From positions 352,001-416,000 of the forward strand of contig CBDEFM010000002.1 in NCBI GenBank assembly GCA_965237415.1: a stretch of DNA of 64,000 nt. The letters are read 5' to 3'. A model generated the notes under the pieces. The model was not told the DNA's origin. It searched no databases and was given only the letters and a program-made list of their open reading frames with translations. This DNA comes from Alphaproteobacteria bacterium. Its GTDB lineage: Bacteria > Pseudomonadota > Alphaproteobacteria > UBA828. The position numbers were made by a program, and so were the translations under genes. Below, piece by piece: positions 51,550 to 61,687 of this stretch (its first letter is position 1; every line of letters begins with the position of its first letter).

Positions 51550-52464
51550 TTATTTGAGTGCACCCAGTGAAAGTCCCTTGATCAGATACCGCTTCATGAA
51601 GGGCAGTAGAACGAAGACCGGCAGGATCGCGCAAATTGTCGCCGCCGACAAAAGAGAGATGTCGACGCCGCGGTGAGTCTGGAAGGACGACAGCCCGACA
51701 GGAAGGGTATTGGTCTGCGGACCGCTGAGGATCAGCGCGAACAGGAATTCGTTCCAGCTCAGGATGAAGGAGAGAAGGCCGGCGGCCAGAATCCCGGGTG
51801 CCGCCACGGGCAGCGTGATGCGCAAGAAAGTTTGAAGGCGCGTCGCGCCGTCGACACGTGCCGCCTGCTCCACGAGGGCGATGTTCGTGTCGAAGAACGC
51901 CACCAGTAGCCAAGCCAAGAACGGCAGGCTGATGGTCAGGTGCGCGACGATGAGGCCGGGCAAGCTGTTGAGCAGCGAGGCCTTGAGAAACAGCGTGAAC
52001 AGCGGCAGGACCAGAATGACCGGAGGCAGCATCTGGCTCGAAAGCACAACTAGGCGCAGGGTCATGCCGCCGGTATTGTAGCGGGCGAAGGCATAGGCGA
52101 TGGCAGCGGCGAGCGGCAGAGCGACGACGGTCGTGCCGAAGGCCACTGTCACACTGTTGAGGAAATAGTTGAAGAAGGGATATCCGGTAAAGATCTCGAC
52201 AAAGTTTCCGATACTTGCCTGGCCCCATTCCGGTGGAATCTTGTACGCCGTCATCTTGTCGGTGAGCGCCACGCGGAGCAGCCACAGCAGCGGCAGAAGT
52301 ATGGCTGCGCTGAACGTGATGAGAACGGCATGCGGCAGGAACCGGGCGACCAAGCGTTTGACTCGCCGCGACGCCGCGGGCCGACGACGCATCAACGGCA
52401 CCGTCCTTTCGCGGCCTTCGGGCGAGAGCTGTCCGGCGGTCCCTTCATCCTCCCTTACGACCAT
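51550..52464 (-). CDS. Carbohydrate ABC transporter permease
   Basis: EQAARVDGA, SWNEFLFAL, TLPV; start uncertain. Confidence 0.9.
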   Translation of the reverse strand: MVVREDEGTAGQLSPEGRERTVPLMRRRPAASRRVKRLVARFLPHAVLITFSAAILLPLLWLLRVALTDKMTAYKIPPEWGQASIGNFVEIFTGYPFFNYFLNSVTVAFGTTVVALPLAAAIAYAFARYNTGGMTLRLVVLSSQMLPPVILVLPLFTLFLKASLLNSLPGLIVAHLTISLPFLAWLLVAFFDTNIALVEQAARVDGATRLQTFLRITLPVAAPGILAAGLLSFILSWNEFLFALILSGPQTNTLPVGLSSFQTHRGVDISLLSAATICAILPVFVLLPFMKRYLIKGLSLGALK

Positions 52465-52743
52465 CGCCTATTAGCGGCCTGGAATTCCGCCGACGGGGCA
52501 ACCGCGCCTGTCGCGTCAGTTAACAGAATTCGCAATGCCATATCCAGCGGCAATCAACGGCCTGGTGCCCTTGTTGACGGTGGAGCGATCGCGCGCCGCG
52601 CGCGTCGGTCGGGTGATCCGGTCGCGGCGGCGCGCTGAACCCGGTCGACCGCGTTCGCAGGGGACCCTAGAGCGACGCAGGCCGTGACCCAGATCAGAAT
52701 TCCGGGCTAGGCTGTCGGTCACAATTTTGCAGGATCGCGGCCC

Positions 52744-53400
52744 ATGCTGACCTTCACCGAGGAAATTCTTCTCCTGTTGCTGGACGACAAGGACGGCTCG
52801 TTCGTGCCGATCCCGAAGGTCAATCTGGGGTGTGCCATCGGCGGCGCCGTGTTGATGGATCTGGCCTTCGCCTATCGGATCGACACCGACCCTGAATCGC
52901 TTGTGGTCAACGACCGGACACCCACCGGGAATCCCATACTCGACCCCACCCTGGCGAAAATCGCGGCGCAAGAGCAGCCGACGAACACAAGGACCTGGAT
53001 CAGGGAGCTCTCCGTTGAAGATGCGCCCGCCATTCGCGAGCAAGCGCTGCAAAGCCTTGTGGCGCGCGGCATTGTCGTGCAGCGCGAAGCGAGGGTGATG
53101 TGGGCCTTCCGCGCCCGCCGCTATCCCACCATCGACGGCAACGCGGAGCAGGAGGTCAAGCTGCGGATCGGGGACGTCCTGCTCTCGGACGATATTCCCG
53201 ACCCCCGCGATGTCGCCCTGATCGGCCTGGTAGATGCGTGCGACATTCTCCGCGAAATCTTCCCCGACAGGGACATGGAACAGTGCCGCCCGCGCATCGA
53301 CCAGCTGCGCAAGATGGATCTGATCGGCCGCGAGCTGGCCCAGGCGATCGCCGATATCGAGCGCACCGTCATGATGTCCCTCTCGGGAGCACCTTACTGA
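52744..53400 (+). CDS. GPP34/GOLPH3-family protein
   Basis: LTFTEEILLLLLDD..G, GAVLMDLA..RID, PTGNPILD, LVARGI, RYP. Confidence 0.8.
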   Translation: MLTFTEEILLLLLDDKDGSFVPIPKVNLGCAIGGAVLMDLAFAYRIDTDPESLVVNDRTPTGNPILDPTLAKIAAQEQPTNTRTWIRELSVEDAPAIREQALQSLVARGIVVQREARVMWAFRARRYPTIDGNAEQEVKLRIGDVLLSDDIPDPRDVALIGLVDACDILREIFPDRDMEQCRPRIDQLRKMDLIGRELAQAIADIERTVMMSLSGAPY

Positions 53401-53412
53401 GGAAGATCGGCC

Positions 53413-54267
53413 ATGATCCTGTTGACCGGAGCGACCGGGACGACCGGGACCCCCACCGTCGCCCAGCTGCGCGCGATGAACCGGCCCTTCCGCATCATGA
53501 GCCGCGACGTGGCGCGCGCCAGGCGGCAATGCGGCGAGGACCTCGACTATGTCGAGGGCGACTTCGCCGAGCCCCGGAGCCTCGACGCCGCGTTCGAGGG
53601 GATCACCTGCCTCTCGCTGCTCTGTGCCTTCTCCGAATCGATGGTCGAACTCGAGCTCAACGCGGTCGAGGCGGCCAAGCGGGCAGGCGTCCGCCGCATT
53701 GTCAAAATGTCGGCGATCAAGGCCGCGCCCGACGCGCCGACTACGATCCGCCGCTGGCACGGGGAGATCGAGCAGCGCATCAACCGATCGGGCATCGCCT
53801 ACACCCACCTCTGGCCCAACGCCTTCATGCAGAATTTCAGGCGCTTCGCGCCCCTCATCAAGGAGCGGGGAGAGTTCTACGCGCCGGTGGGCGACGCCAG
53901 GATATCGCTGGTGGAGATCGAGGACGTGGCCGCGGTGACGGTCGCGGCGCTGGTCGAGGACGGGCACGAGGGCGAGACCTACGAGATCACGGGGCCGGAG
54001 GCGATCTCCTACGCCGAGTGCGCGGCCATCCTCTCCGACGTCCTGGGCAAGCCCGTGCGCTACGTCTCCGTCAGCGATGACGAGGCTCGGCGCGCGCTAG
54101 GCGCGGCCGGCATCGTGCCCAAGGCGGCGCATGCGCTGGTCGAAATCGACGGCCTGTTCCGCGAGGGCTTCGGCGCGCCGGTGACCGACGTGGTCGAGCG
54201 GCTGACGGGGCGGGCACCCCGCGATTTCCGCACCTTCGCCCGCGAGAATGCGGCACTCTTCGGTTGA
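53413..54267 (+). CDS. NmrA-family NAD(P)-binding oxidoreductase
   Basis: ILLTGATGTTG, FMQN, ISLVEIEDVA, YEITGPEA. Confidence 0.88.
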   Translation: MILLTGATGTTGTPTVAQLRAMNRPFRIMSRDVARARRQCGEDLDYVEGDFAEPRSLDAAFEGITCLSLLCAFSESMVELELNAVEAAKRAGVRRIVKMSAIKAAPDAPTTIRRWHGEIEQRINRSGIAYTHLWPNAFMQNFRRFAPLIKERGEFYAPVGDARISLVEIEDVAAVTVAALVEDGHEGETYEITGPEAISYAECAAILSDVLGKPVRYVSVSDDEARRALGAAGIVPKAAHALVEIDGLFREGFGAPVTDVVERLTGRAPRDFRTFARENAALFG

Positions 54268-54363
54268 GACGGCGGACCCGGCGGCGGGCTTTCTGAGAAC
54301 GGGGCCTATCAGGCAATGGTGATAGCGACGGAGAGGCGGCACGCCGGAGCGCGAAGGGCAACG

Positions 54364-55197
54364 ATGAAGCGACTGGTCCGAAGGGTCTTGCCCACAAGGG
54401 TAGAAAACGCAGCTCGTATCGGACGAGACCGCATGGTTCTGCGCAGAGTGCCGATCGCCGACGCGATTGAAACGACCGCGCTTCCGGAGGCGGCCACCCT
54501 GTCAATTCCGGCGCTGTTGAGCGGCGACGATATCGATCGCGAATGGGACGGAGCGCGGAGGGAGATCGGAGAGGTCTTCGGATACGTGAACAGGGACGGT
54601 GCCTTGAGTCCATTGGGCTGTCGGGCGGTGTGGTATCTGATCCGCCGGCTGGAACCGCGATCGGTTATGGAAATAGGCACCCATGTCGGCGGATCGACGT
54701 TGCATGTCGCGATGGCGCTGAGGGCGCGTTCAACGACGGCTCGCCTGGTCACCGTCGACCGCTACGATGTCAATGACGACGCCGGCCCCTGGAAAGATTG
54801 CGGCCTTGCCAATTCCCCCAAGGATATGATCGCGCGGCTCGGCTGCGCCGATGTGGTCGAGTTCGCTTCCGCGATGTCGCTCGATTATCTCTCCGGCCGC
54901 GAAGCGGAGTTCGACTTCATCTTCCTGGACGGTAGCCACAGGGCGGACATCGTGTATCGCGAGATTCCGCTCGCTCTCCAGGCGCTGCGTCCGGGCGGAC
55001 ATGTGCTGTTGCACGATTACTTCCCCTGCCTAAAGCCGCTCTGGACCAACGGCAGGGTCATCCCCGGACCTTGCCTCGCCGTTGAGCGCCTGCGCCGTGA
55101 GGGCGTCGGCTTGACCGTAGTGCCCTTTGGGGCGTTGCCCTGGCCGACAAAGTCGGGATCGACCGTCACCTCCTTGGCGCTTCTGGCGCGGGAGTAG
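54364..55197 (+). CDS. Class I SAM-dependent methyltransferase
   Basis: VMEIGTHVGGST, FDFIFLDGSH, LRPGGHVLLHD. Confidence 0.85.
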   Translation: MKRLVRRVLPTRVENAARIGRDRMVLRRVPIADAIETTALPEAATLSIPALLSGDDIDREWDGARREIGEVFGYVNRDGALSPLGCRAVWYLIRRLEPRSVMEIGTHVGGSTLHVAMALRARSTTARLVTVDRYDVNDDAGPWKDCGLANSPKDMIARLGCADVVEFASAMSLDYLSGREAEFDFIFLDGSHRADIVYREIPLALQALRPGGHVLLHDYFPCLKPLWTNGRVIPGPCLAVERLRREGVGLTVVPFGALPWPTKSGSTVTSLALLARE

Positions 55198-55267
55198 GGC
55201 CGATGGCTCGGGCTCGCGCGGAGAGGGCACAGAGCGGATCAGCAGCAGGAGAACGGCGGGACGTGCA

Positions 55268-56177
55268 ATGACCGACACCCCCTATCCCCGCGACATGGTG
55301 GGCTATGGCCGCAACCGACCCCATCCCCGCTGGCCGGGCGAGGCGCGCATCGCCGTCCAGTTCGTCATCAATTACGAGGAGGGCGCCGAGAACAGCGTGC
55401 TCCACGGCGATGCGGGCTCGGAGACGCTGCTCACGGAGTTCGGCTTCGTCGAGCCCCGCATCGGCGAGCGCGCTGCCCATCGAATCGATGTACGAGTTCG
55501 GCAGCCGCGTCGGCTTCTGGCGCCTCCATCGCCTGTTCACCGAGCGCGCGGTGCCGGTCACGGTCTTCGGTGTCGCCATGGCGCTCCAACGCAATCCCGA
55601 CGCGGTCGCTGCGATGGTGGAGGCGGAGTGGGAGATCGCGAGCCACGGCTATCGCTGGATCGACTATCACGCCGTGCCCGAGGCCGAGGAGCGCGCCCAT
55701 ATCGAGAAGGTGATCGCGATCCAGACCGCGCTCACGGGCACGCGCCCGCTCGGCTACTTCCTCGGCCGGCGCAGCCCACGCACTGTACGCCTCGTGGCGG
55801 AGGAGGGCGGCTTCCTCTACAGCCAGGATTCCTACGCCGACGAGCTGCCCTACTGGGTCGAGGAGGCCGGCCGGCGCCTGCTGATGATCCCCTACACGGC
55901 GGACCACAACGACCACCGCTTCGCGACCGCGCCGGGCTTCGACTGGGGCGAGCCCTTCTTCGCCTACCTGCGCGATGCCTTCGATGTGCTCTACGAGGAG
56001 GGCGCTTCGCTGCCCGGCATGATGAGCATCGGCCTGCACAGCCGCCTTGTCGGCCGGCCCGGCCGCTTCGCCGCGCTCCGCCGCTTCGTCGACCACGTGC
56101 TCGCCCACGACCGGGTCTGGCTCTGCCGCGGCATCGACATCGCCCGCCACTGGCGGAGCCGGGAGGACGCCCCTTAG
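55268..56177 (+). pseudogene. puuE: Allantoinase PuuE / polysaccharide deacetylase family, frameshifted near 55470
   Basis: YPRDMVGYG..WPGEARIAVQFVINYEEG in one frame; ESMYEFGSRVGFWR, SHGYRW, YADELPYW, SIGLHSRLVGRPGR in another. Confidence 0.85.
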
Positions 56178-56301
56178 GGCACTCGCTCCGGACCATGGTG
56201 TGGTGCACGGCGCGCGGCGGCTGCGTCAGCATCGCGCCATGCGGTGCATCGGATTTCGGACCGCAGCTGGAGGGGGGCCGGAGAGCCCGATGCCTCCATT
56301 G

Positions 56302-56430
56302 CGTCATGGCCGGACTTGTTCCGGCCATCCACGTCGCGCACGCCCGAAGGGTCGCGCGCGTGGAATGTAGCCAGCCACCTACAGGCGGAGCCTGATGAGA
56401 AAGATGCCCGGAACAAGTCCGGGCATGACG
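56302..56430. repeat. Alphaproteobacterial REP-like palindromic element
   Basis: cgtcatggccggacttgttccggccatc .. gatgcccggaacaagtccgggcatgacg inverted pair, each half a hairpin. Confidence 0.75.
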
Positions 56431-56601
56431 GCGTGAGAGAATGACTGGCGCAGAAGGAGCGTGGACCGACCCTATTCGCGCAGCCACGATTTTGTACCGC
56501 CCGCGAGATCGCTCATGCGCCCACGACCTTGTCTACCGCCCGCAGAACCTTATTGCCGCGCCCGCGACCTTTCAGGCGCGGGCGACACGCGCGTGCGGGA
56601 C

Positions 56602-56660
56602 ATCCCACTTATCCCACTTAATCCCACTTTGTCCCGCTTTATCCCGCCGAATCCCAGAAG
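56602..56660. repeat. Six roughly 10-bp tandem units with a TCCC core
   Basis: atcccactt atcccactta atcccacttt gtcccgcttt atcccgccga atcccagaag. Confidence 0.8.
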
Positions 56661-56788
56661 ACATTGAGGCCACCGGTCCCACCGCGCCCGCGCGCGTCGG
56701 CGGAAGGCGCGCAGGCCGTGGTCGCCGCGAGAGTTCCGGGCTAGGATCGCGCGCTTCGGCGATAACCACGATCTCAGGTGCGCGCTCC

Positions 56789-58126
56789 ATGACCCTCGAC
56801 GACATCAACTATCCCGAGAAGCCCAACGATCTGGAAGCCTTCTGGATGCCGTTCACGGCAAACAAGGGCTTCAAGCAGAAGCCGCGCCTGCTGACGCGCG
56901 CCAAGGGCATGCACTACATGACGCCGGACGGCCGCGAGATCCTGGACGGGACCGCGGGGCTCTGGTGCTGCAACGCAGGCCACGGGCACGAGAAGATCGT
57001 GGCAGCGATCAAGGCGCAGGCCGAGCGCATGGACTTCGCGCCCACCTTCCAGCTGGGCCATCCGGCCGCCTTCGAGCTCGCCAACCGGCTGGTCGATCTT
57101 GCGCCCGGCGATCTCGACCACGTGTTCTTCACCAACTCGGGCTCGGAATCGGCCGACACCGCGCTCAAGATCGCGCTCGGCTATCACTATGTGCGGGGCA
57201 AGGGCTCGAAGACCCGGCTGATCGGGCGCGAGCGCGGCTATCACGGCACCAATTTCGGCGGCACCTCCGTGGGCGGGATCGTCAAGAACCGCATGTTCTA
57301 CGGCGGCCTGCTCTCCGGCGTGGATCATATCCGCCACACCCATGACCTGGAGCACCAGGCCTTCAGCCGCGGCGAGCCGGAGTGGGGCGCGCATCTGGCG
57401 GACGACCTGGAGCGGCTGGCGGCGCTGCACGACCCCTCCACCATCGCCGCGGTGATCGTGGAACCCGTGGCGGGCTCCACCGGCGTCCTCGTGCCGCCCA
57501 AGGGCTACCTGCGTCGGCTCCGCGAGATCTGCGACAAGCACGACATCCTGCTCATCTTCGATGAGGTGATCACCGGCTTCGGGCGTCTCGGTGCGAACTT
57601 TGCGGCCGACTACTTCGACGTGCAGCCGGACATCCTCACCACCGCCAAGGCGCTCACCAACGCGACCGTCCCCATGGGCGCGGTGTTCTGCCGGGGCAAG
57701 ATCTACGACGCCTTCCTCGAGAACACGGCGCAGGGGATCGAGCTCTTCCACGGCTATACCTATTCCGGCCATCCGCTGGCGTCGGCGGCCGGGATCGCGA
57801 CGCTCGATGTCTACCGCGAGGAGGGGCTGTTCGAGCGCGCGGCGGAACTCGCGCCCTATTGGGAGAATGCGCTCTGGTCGCTTAGGGGTGGCCACCACGT
57901 GATCGACCTGCGCAATCTCGGGATCGTCGCCGGTATCGAGCTGGAGCCCCGCCCCGGCGCGCCCACCGCGCGCGCCACCGAGACTTTCCACAAGTGTTTC
58001 GACGAGGGCGTGCTCATCAGGGTCACGGCCGACACGATCGCGCTTTCGCCGCCGCTCATCGTGGAGAAGAACCAGATCGACCGGATCTTCGACACCATCG
58101 GCGGTGTGCTGAAGACGGTGGACTGA
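56789..58126 (+). CDS. Omega-amino acid (beta-alanine)--pyruvate aminotransferase, class III
   Basis: [52 protein letters not shown]. Confidence 0.92.
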   Translation: MTLDDINYPEKPNDLEAFWMPFTANKGFKQKPRLLTRAKGMHYMTPDGREILDGTAGLWCCNAGHGHEKIVAAIKAQAERMDFAPTFQLGHPAAFELANRLVDLAPGDLDHVFFTNSGSESADTALKIALGYHYVRGKGSKTRLIGRERGYHGTNFGGTSVGGIVKNRMFYGGLLSGVDHIRHTHDLEHQAFSRGEPEWGAHLADDLERLAALHDPSTIAAVIVEPVAGSTGVLVPPKGYLRRLREICDKHDILLIFDEVITGFGRLGANFAADYFDVQPDILTTAKALTNATVPMGAVFCRGKIYDAFLENTAQGIELFHGYTYSGHPLASAAGIATLDVYREEGLFERAAELAPYWENALWSLRGGHHVIDLRNLGIVAGIELEPRPGAPTARATETFHKCFDEGVLIRVTADTIALSPPLIVEKNQIDRIFDTIGGVLKTVD

Positions 58127-58157
58127 GCGCACAGGCGGAACACGCGGGGGAAGCAGA

Positions 58158-59363
58158 ATGGCGCAGGCGAAGGCCTATATCGTCGGTACGCTGGACACCA
58201 AGGGCGAGGAGCTTCTCTACATCCGCGATCTGCTGGCGGCGGACGGAGTGCAGTCTTGCGTCGTGGATGTCGGAACCGGCAGCGCCGCCCGGCCGCCCGG
58301 CGTGGACGTGAGCGCGGCCGAGGTCGCCGCCCGCCATCCAGATGGCGCCGATGCGGTGCTCACCCTCGAGGATCGCGGCCAGGCGGTCGCTGCCATGGGC
58401 GAGGCGTTGGCACGCTTCCTGCCGACGTGCGCGGACATCGGCGGCGTGATCGGGGCAGGGGGGTCCGGCAACACCGCGCTCGTCGCCCAGGGGATGCGGT
58501 CGCTCCCCATCGGCGTGCCGAGGGTGCTGGTCTCCACCGTCGCCTCGGGCGACGTCGCCCCCTATGTCGGGCCCAACGACATCACGATGATGTACTCGGT
58601 GGTGGACGTCGCCGGCCTCAATCGCATCTCCCGCGTCGTGCTCGCCAATGCGGCCCATGCGCTCGCCGGCATGATGCAGGGCGCGACACCGGCGGGAGAA
58701 GACAAGCCCGCCATCGGCTTGACCATGTTCGGCGTCACCACGCCCTGCGTCGATCAGGTCCGCGCCGGGCTTGAGGCGCGCTACGACTGCCTGGTGTTCC
58801 ACGCGACCGGCACCGGCGGCCGCTCGATGGAGAAGCTGGTGGATTCCGGCATGGTGCTGGGCTGCATCGACAGCACCACCACCGAGGTGTGCGACCACCT
58901 CATGGGCGGCGTCTTCAGCGCCGGCGAAGACCGGCTCGGCGCCTTCGCGCGCACGGGTCTGCCCTATGTCGGCTCCTGCGGCGCGCTCGACATGGTGAAC
59001 TTTGGCGCGGTCGAGACTGTGCCAGCGCAATACAGCGACCGGACCTTCCATGTGCACAATCCCAATGTCACGCTCATGCGCACGAGCGCGGAAGAGAACG
59101 CGGCGATGGGCGAGTGGATCGGCGGCAAGCTCAACGCCTGCCAGGGGCCGGTGCGCTTCCTGATCCCGGAGAAGGGGGTCTCGCTCATCGACGCGCCGGG
59201 CATGCCGTTCCACGACCCGGACGCCGACGCGGCCCTCTTCGAGGCGCTGGAGCGGACGGTCGAGCAGACCGAGCGCCGCCGCCTGATCCGGCTGCCGCTC
59301 CACATCAACGACGCCGATTTCGCCCAGGCTCTCGTGGAGAGCTGGAACGAGATCGCCGCCTGA
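58158..59363 (+). CDS. Tm-1-like ATP-binding domain protein (UPF0261)
   Basis: [50 protein letters not shown]. Confidence 0.9.
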   Translation: MAQAKAYIVGTLDTKGEELLYIRDLLAADGVQSCVVDVGTGSAARPPGVDVSAAEVAARHPDGADAVLTLEDRGQAVAAMGEALARFLPTCADIGGVIGAGGSGNTALVAQGMRSLPIGVPRVLVSTVASGDVAPYVGPNDITMMYSVVDVAGLNRISRVVLANAAHALAGMMQGATPAGEDKPAIGLTMFGVTTPCVDQVRAGLEARYDCLVFHATGTGGRSMEKLVDSGMVLGCIDSTTTEVCDHLMGGVFSAGEDRLGAFARTGLPYVGSCGALDMVNFGAVETVPAQYSDRTFHVHNPNVTLMRTSAEENAAMGEWIGGKLNACQGPVRFLIPEKGVSLIDAPGMPFHDPDADAALFEALERTVEQTERRRLIRLPLHINDADFAQALVESWNEIAA

Positions 59364-59385
59364 TCCAAACCGAGGGAGACCGCCG

Positions 59386-60216
59386 GTGCCAGGCATCGAC
59401 CGCCGAGCGCTATTGGATAAGTTTCACGGCATGGTCGCCCGCCGCCAGCCGATCATCGGCGGTGGCGCGGGCACCGGGCTCTCGGCCAAGTGCGAGGAAG
59501 CCGGCGGCATCGACCTCATCGTGATCTACAACTCGGGCCGCTACCGCATGGCCGGCCGGGGCTCGCTCGCCGGCCTGCTGGCCTACGGCAACGCCAACGA
59601 GATCGTGAAGGAGATGGCGCACGAGGTGATCCCCGTGGTCAGCCACACGCCGGTGCTCGCCGGCGTCAACGGGACTGACCCCTTCATGGTGCTCGACCGC
59701 TTCTTGGGCGAGCTCAAGTCGCTGGGCTTCTCAGGCGTGCAGAACTTCCCGACCGTCGGGCTGATAGACGGCGTCTTCCGCGCCAACCTCGAAGAGACGG
59801 GCATGGGCTACGGCCTAGAGGTCGACATGATCCGGGCGGCGCACGAGGCCGACCTGCTCACCACGCCCTATGTCTTCTCCGAGGCCGACGCGGTCGCCAT
59901 GGCACACGCCGGCGCCGACATCATCGTCTGCCACATGGGGCTCACGACCAGCGGCACCATCGGCGCGCAGACCGCGAAGTCGCTGGAGGAGTGTGTGCCG
60001 CTCATCGACGCGTGGGCGATGGCGGCCAAGTGGGTGCGCGAGGACGTGATCGTGCTCTGCCACGGCGGGCCCATCGCCTCGCCAGAAGACGCGACCTATG
60101 TCCTGAAGAACGCAAAGCATGTGCACGGCTTCTACGGCGCGAGCAGCATGGAGCGCCTGCCCACCGAGTTCGCCATGACCGCGCAGACAAAGGCCTTCAA
60201 GGCGGTCAGCTTCTGA
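59386..60216 (+). CDS. PEP-hydrolase-family TIM-barrel protein
   Basis: [55 protein letters not shown]. Confidence 0.9.
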   Translation: MPGIDRRALLDKFHGMVARRQPIIGGGAGTGLSAKCEEAGGIDLIVIYNSGRYRMAGRGSLAGLLAYGNANEIVKEMAHEVIPVVSHTPVLAGVNGTDPFMVLDRFLGELKSLGFSGVQNFPTVGLIDGVFRANLEETGMGYGLEVDMIRAAHEADLLTTPYVFSEADAVAMAHAGADIIVCHMGLTTSGTIGAQTAKSLEECVPLIDAWAMAAKWVREDVIVLCHGGPIASPEDATYVLKNAKHVHGFYGASSMERLPTEFAMTAQTKAFKAVSF

Positions 60217-60237
60217 CGCGTCTGTGGGGTAGGGGCC

Positions 60238-60927
60238 TCACACCCCCAGGTATCGGTCCGTGAGTGCCGGCGTGAGGTCCGCGCTCGCGCCGGACCAGCA
60301 GGTCGCCCCTTTCTCCAGAATGACGCAGCGCTCGGCGACGGCCGTGAGTTCCTTGAGCGACTTGTCGACGACGAGGATGGAGAGGCCGGCATCCTTGAGC
60401 CTGGCAATCACCGACCAGATTTCCCGCCGCACGAGGGGGCCGAGCCCCTCCGTCGCCTCGTCCAGGATGAGCAGCCGGGGATTGGTCATCAGCGCCCTGC
60501 CGATGGCGAGCATCTGCTGCTCGCCGCCTGACAGCGTGTTGGCCTTCTGATTGCGGCGCCCCGCGAGCTGCGGGAAGAGCGCCGCTACGCGGTCCGCGTT
60601 CCAGTGGCCGGCGCGGGCGGCGGCGATGAGGTTCTCGCGTACCGTCAGCGTCGGGAAGCAGCGCCGGCCTTCGGGCACCAGCCCGAGGCCGAGCCACGCC
60701 GCCTTGTGGGAGGGCAGTCGCGCGAGGTCGTGGCCGGCGAAGGCGATGCGGCCGTCGCGGTGGGGCATCATGCGGCAGATCGTCCTGATGGTGGTCGTCT
60801 TGCCCATGCCGTTCCGGCCCATCAGCGCTACCGCCTCGCCTTCGCCGACGGCGAGATCGACGCCGAAGAGCGCCTGCGACGCGCCGTAGAAGGCGGTGAC
60901 GCCGGCGACCTCAAGCAGCGCCGTCAT
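60238..60927 (-). CDS. Branched-chain amino acid ABC ATP-binding protein (LivF-like)
   Basis: GRNGMGKTT, VPEGRR, LSGGEQQMLAIGRAL. Confidence 0.92.
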   Translation of the reverse strand: MTALLEVAGVTAFYGASQALFGVDLAVGEGEAVALMGRNGMGKTTTIRTICRMMPHRDGRIAFAGHDLARLPSHKAAWLGLGLVPEGRRCFPTLTVRENLIAAARAGHWNADRVAALFPQLAGRRNQKANTLSGGEQQMLAIGRALMTNPRLLILDEATEGLGPLVRREIWSVIARLKDAGLSILVVDKSLKELTAVAERCVILEKGATCWSGASADLTPALTDRYLGV

Positions 60928-61687
60928 GCCCCCCTCCATGCGCTTCATCCCCGAGGTAGGCTCGCCGCACCTCCTCGTTGGCGCGAATGTCGTTCGGGGT
61001 GCCGCTCGCGATGATGCGACCGTAGACGATGACGGAAATGCGGTCCGCGAGCGCGAAGACCGCATCCATGTCGTGCTCGACGAGCAGGATCGGGGCTTCG
61101 GCGCGCAGCCCGTCTAGAATTTCAACCAGCTTCTCCGTGTTCTCCGGCCCCATGCCCGCCATGGGTTCGTCGAGCAGAAAGGCCTTGGGCCTGAGCGCAA
61201 GCGCTATGGCGATTTCGAGCGCCCGCCGCTCGCCGTGCGAAAGATTGGCTGCCGGAACATCGGCCCTGTCGTCCAGCACGAGGCGCTCGAGATAGGACAT
61301 CGCCGCCTCGACCAGCGAGGCGTCGCGCAGCGCCGGCTTGAAGAATCGGAAGGTCTTACGCTCGACCGATTGGACCGCCAGCATGACATTCTGCAGGGTG
61401 GAGAACTCGGGCGCGACGGACGACACCTGAAACGTTCGCGCCAGCCCCAGCTGCGCCCGTGCCACCACATCGAGGCGGCCGATGTCGCGGCCGGCGAAGC
61501 GGATCGATCCCTTGTCTTGCCGGACTTCGCCTGCGATCTGCTTGATGACCGTGGACTTGCCGGCGCCGTTGGGCCCGATCAGCGCATGGATCTCGCCGGG
61601 CACGAGGTCGAGCGTGACCTCGTCGCTCGCGACCACCGCGCCGAAGCGCTTGGAGAGGCCCTCAAGCTCCAGGATCGGCTCAGGCAT
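60911..61687 (-). CDS. Branched-chain amino acid ABC ATP-binding protein (LivG-like)
   Basis: GPNGAGKST, ARTFQ, LSHGERR, VEHDMD. Confidence 0.92.
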   Translation of the reverse strand: MPEPILELEGLSKRFGAVVASDEVTLDLVPGEIHALIGPNGAGKSTVIKQIAGEVRQDKGSIRFAGRDIGRLDVVARAQLGLARTFQVSSVAPEFSTLQNVMLAVQSVERKTFRFFKPALRDASLVEAAMSYLERLVLDDRADVPAANLSHGERRALEIAIALALRPKAFLLDEPMAGMGPENTEKLVEILDGLRAEAPILLVEHDMDAVFALADRISVIVYGRIIASGTPNDIRANEEVRRAYLGDEAHGGGHDGAA

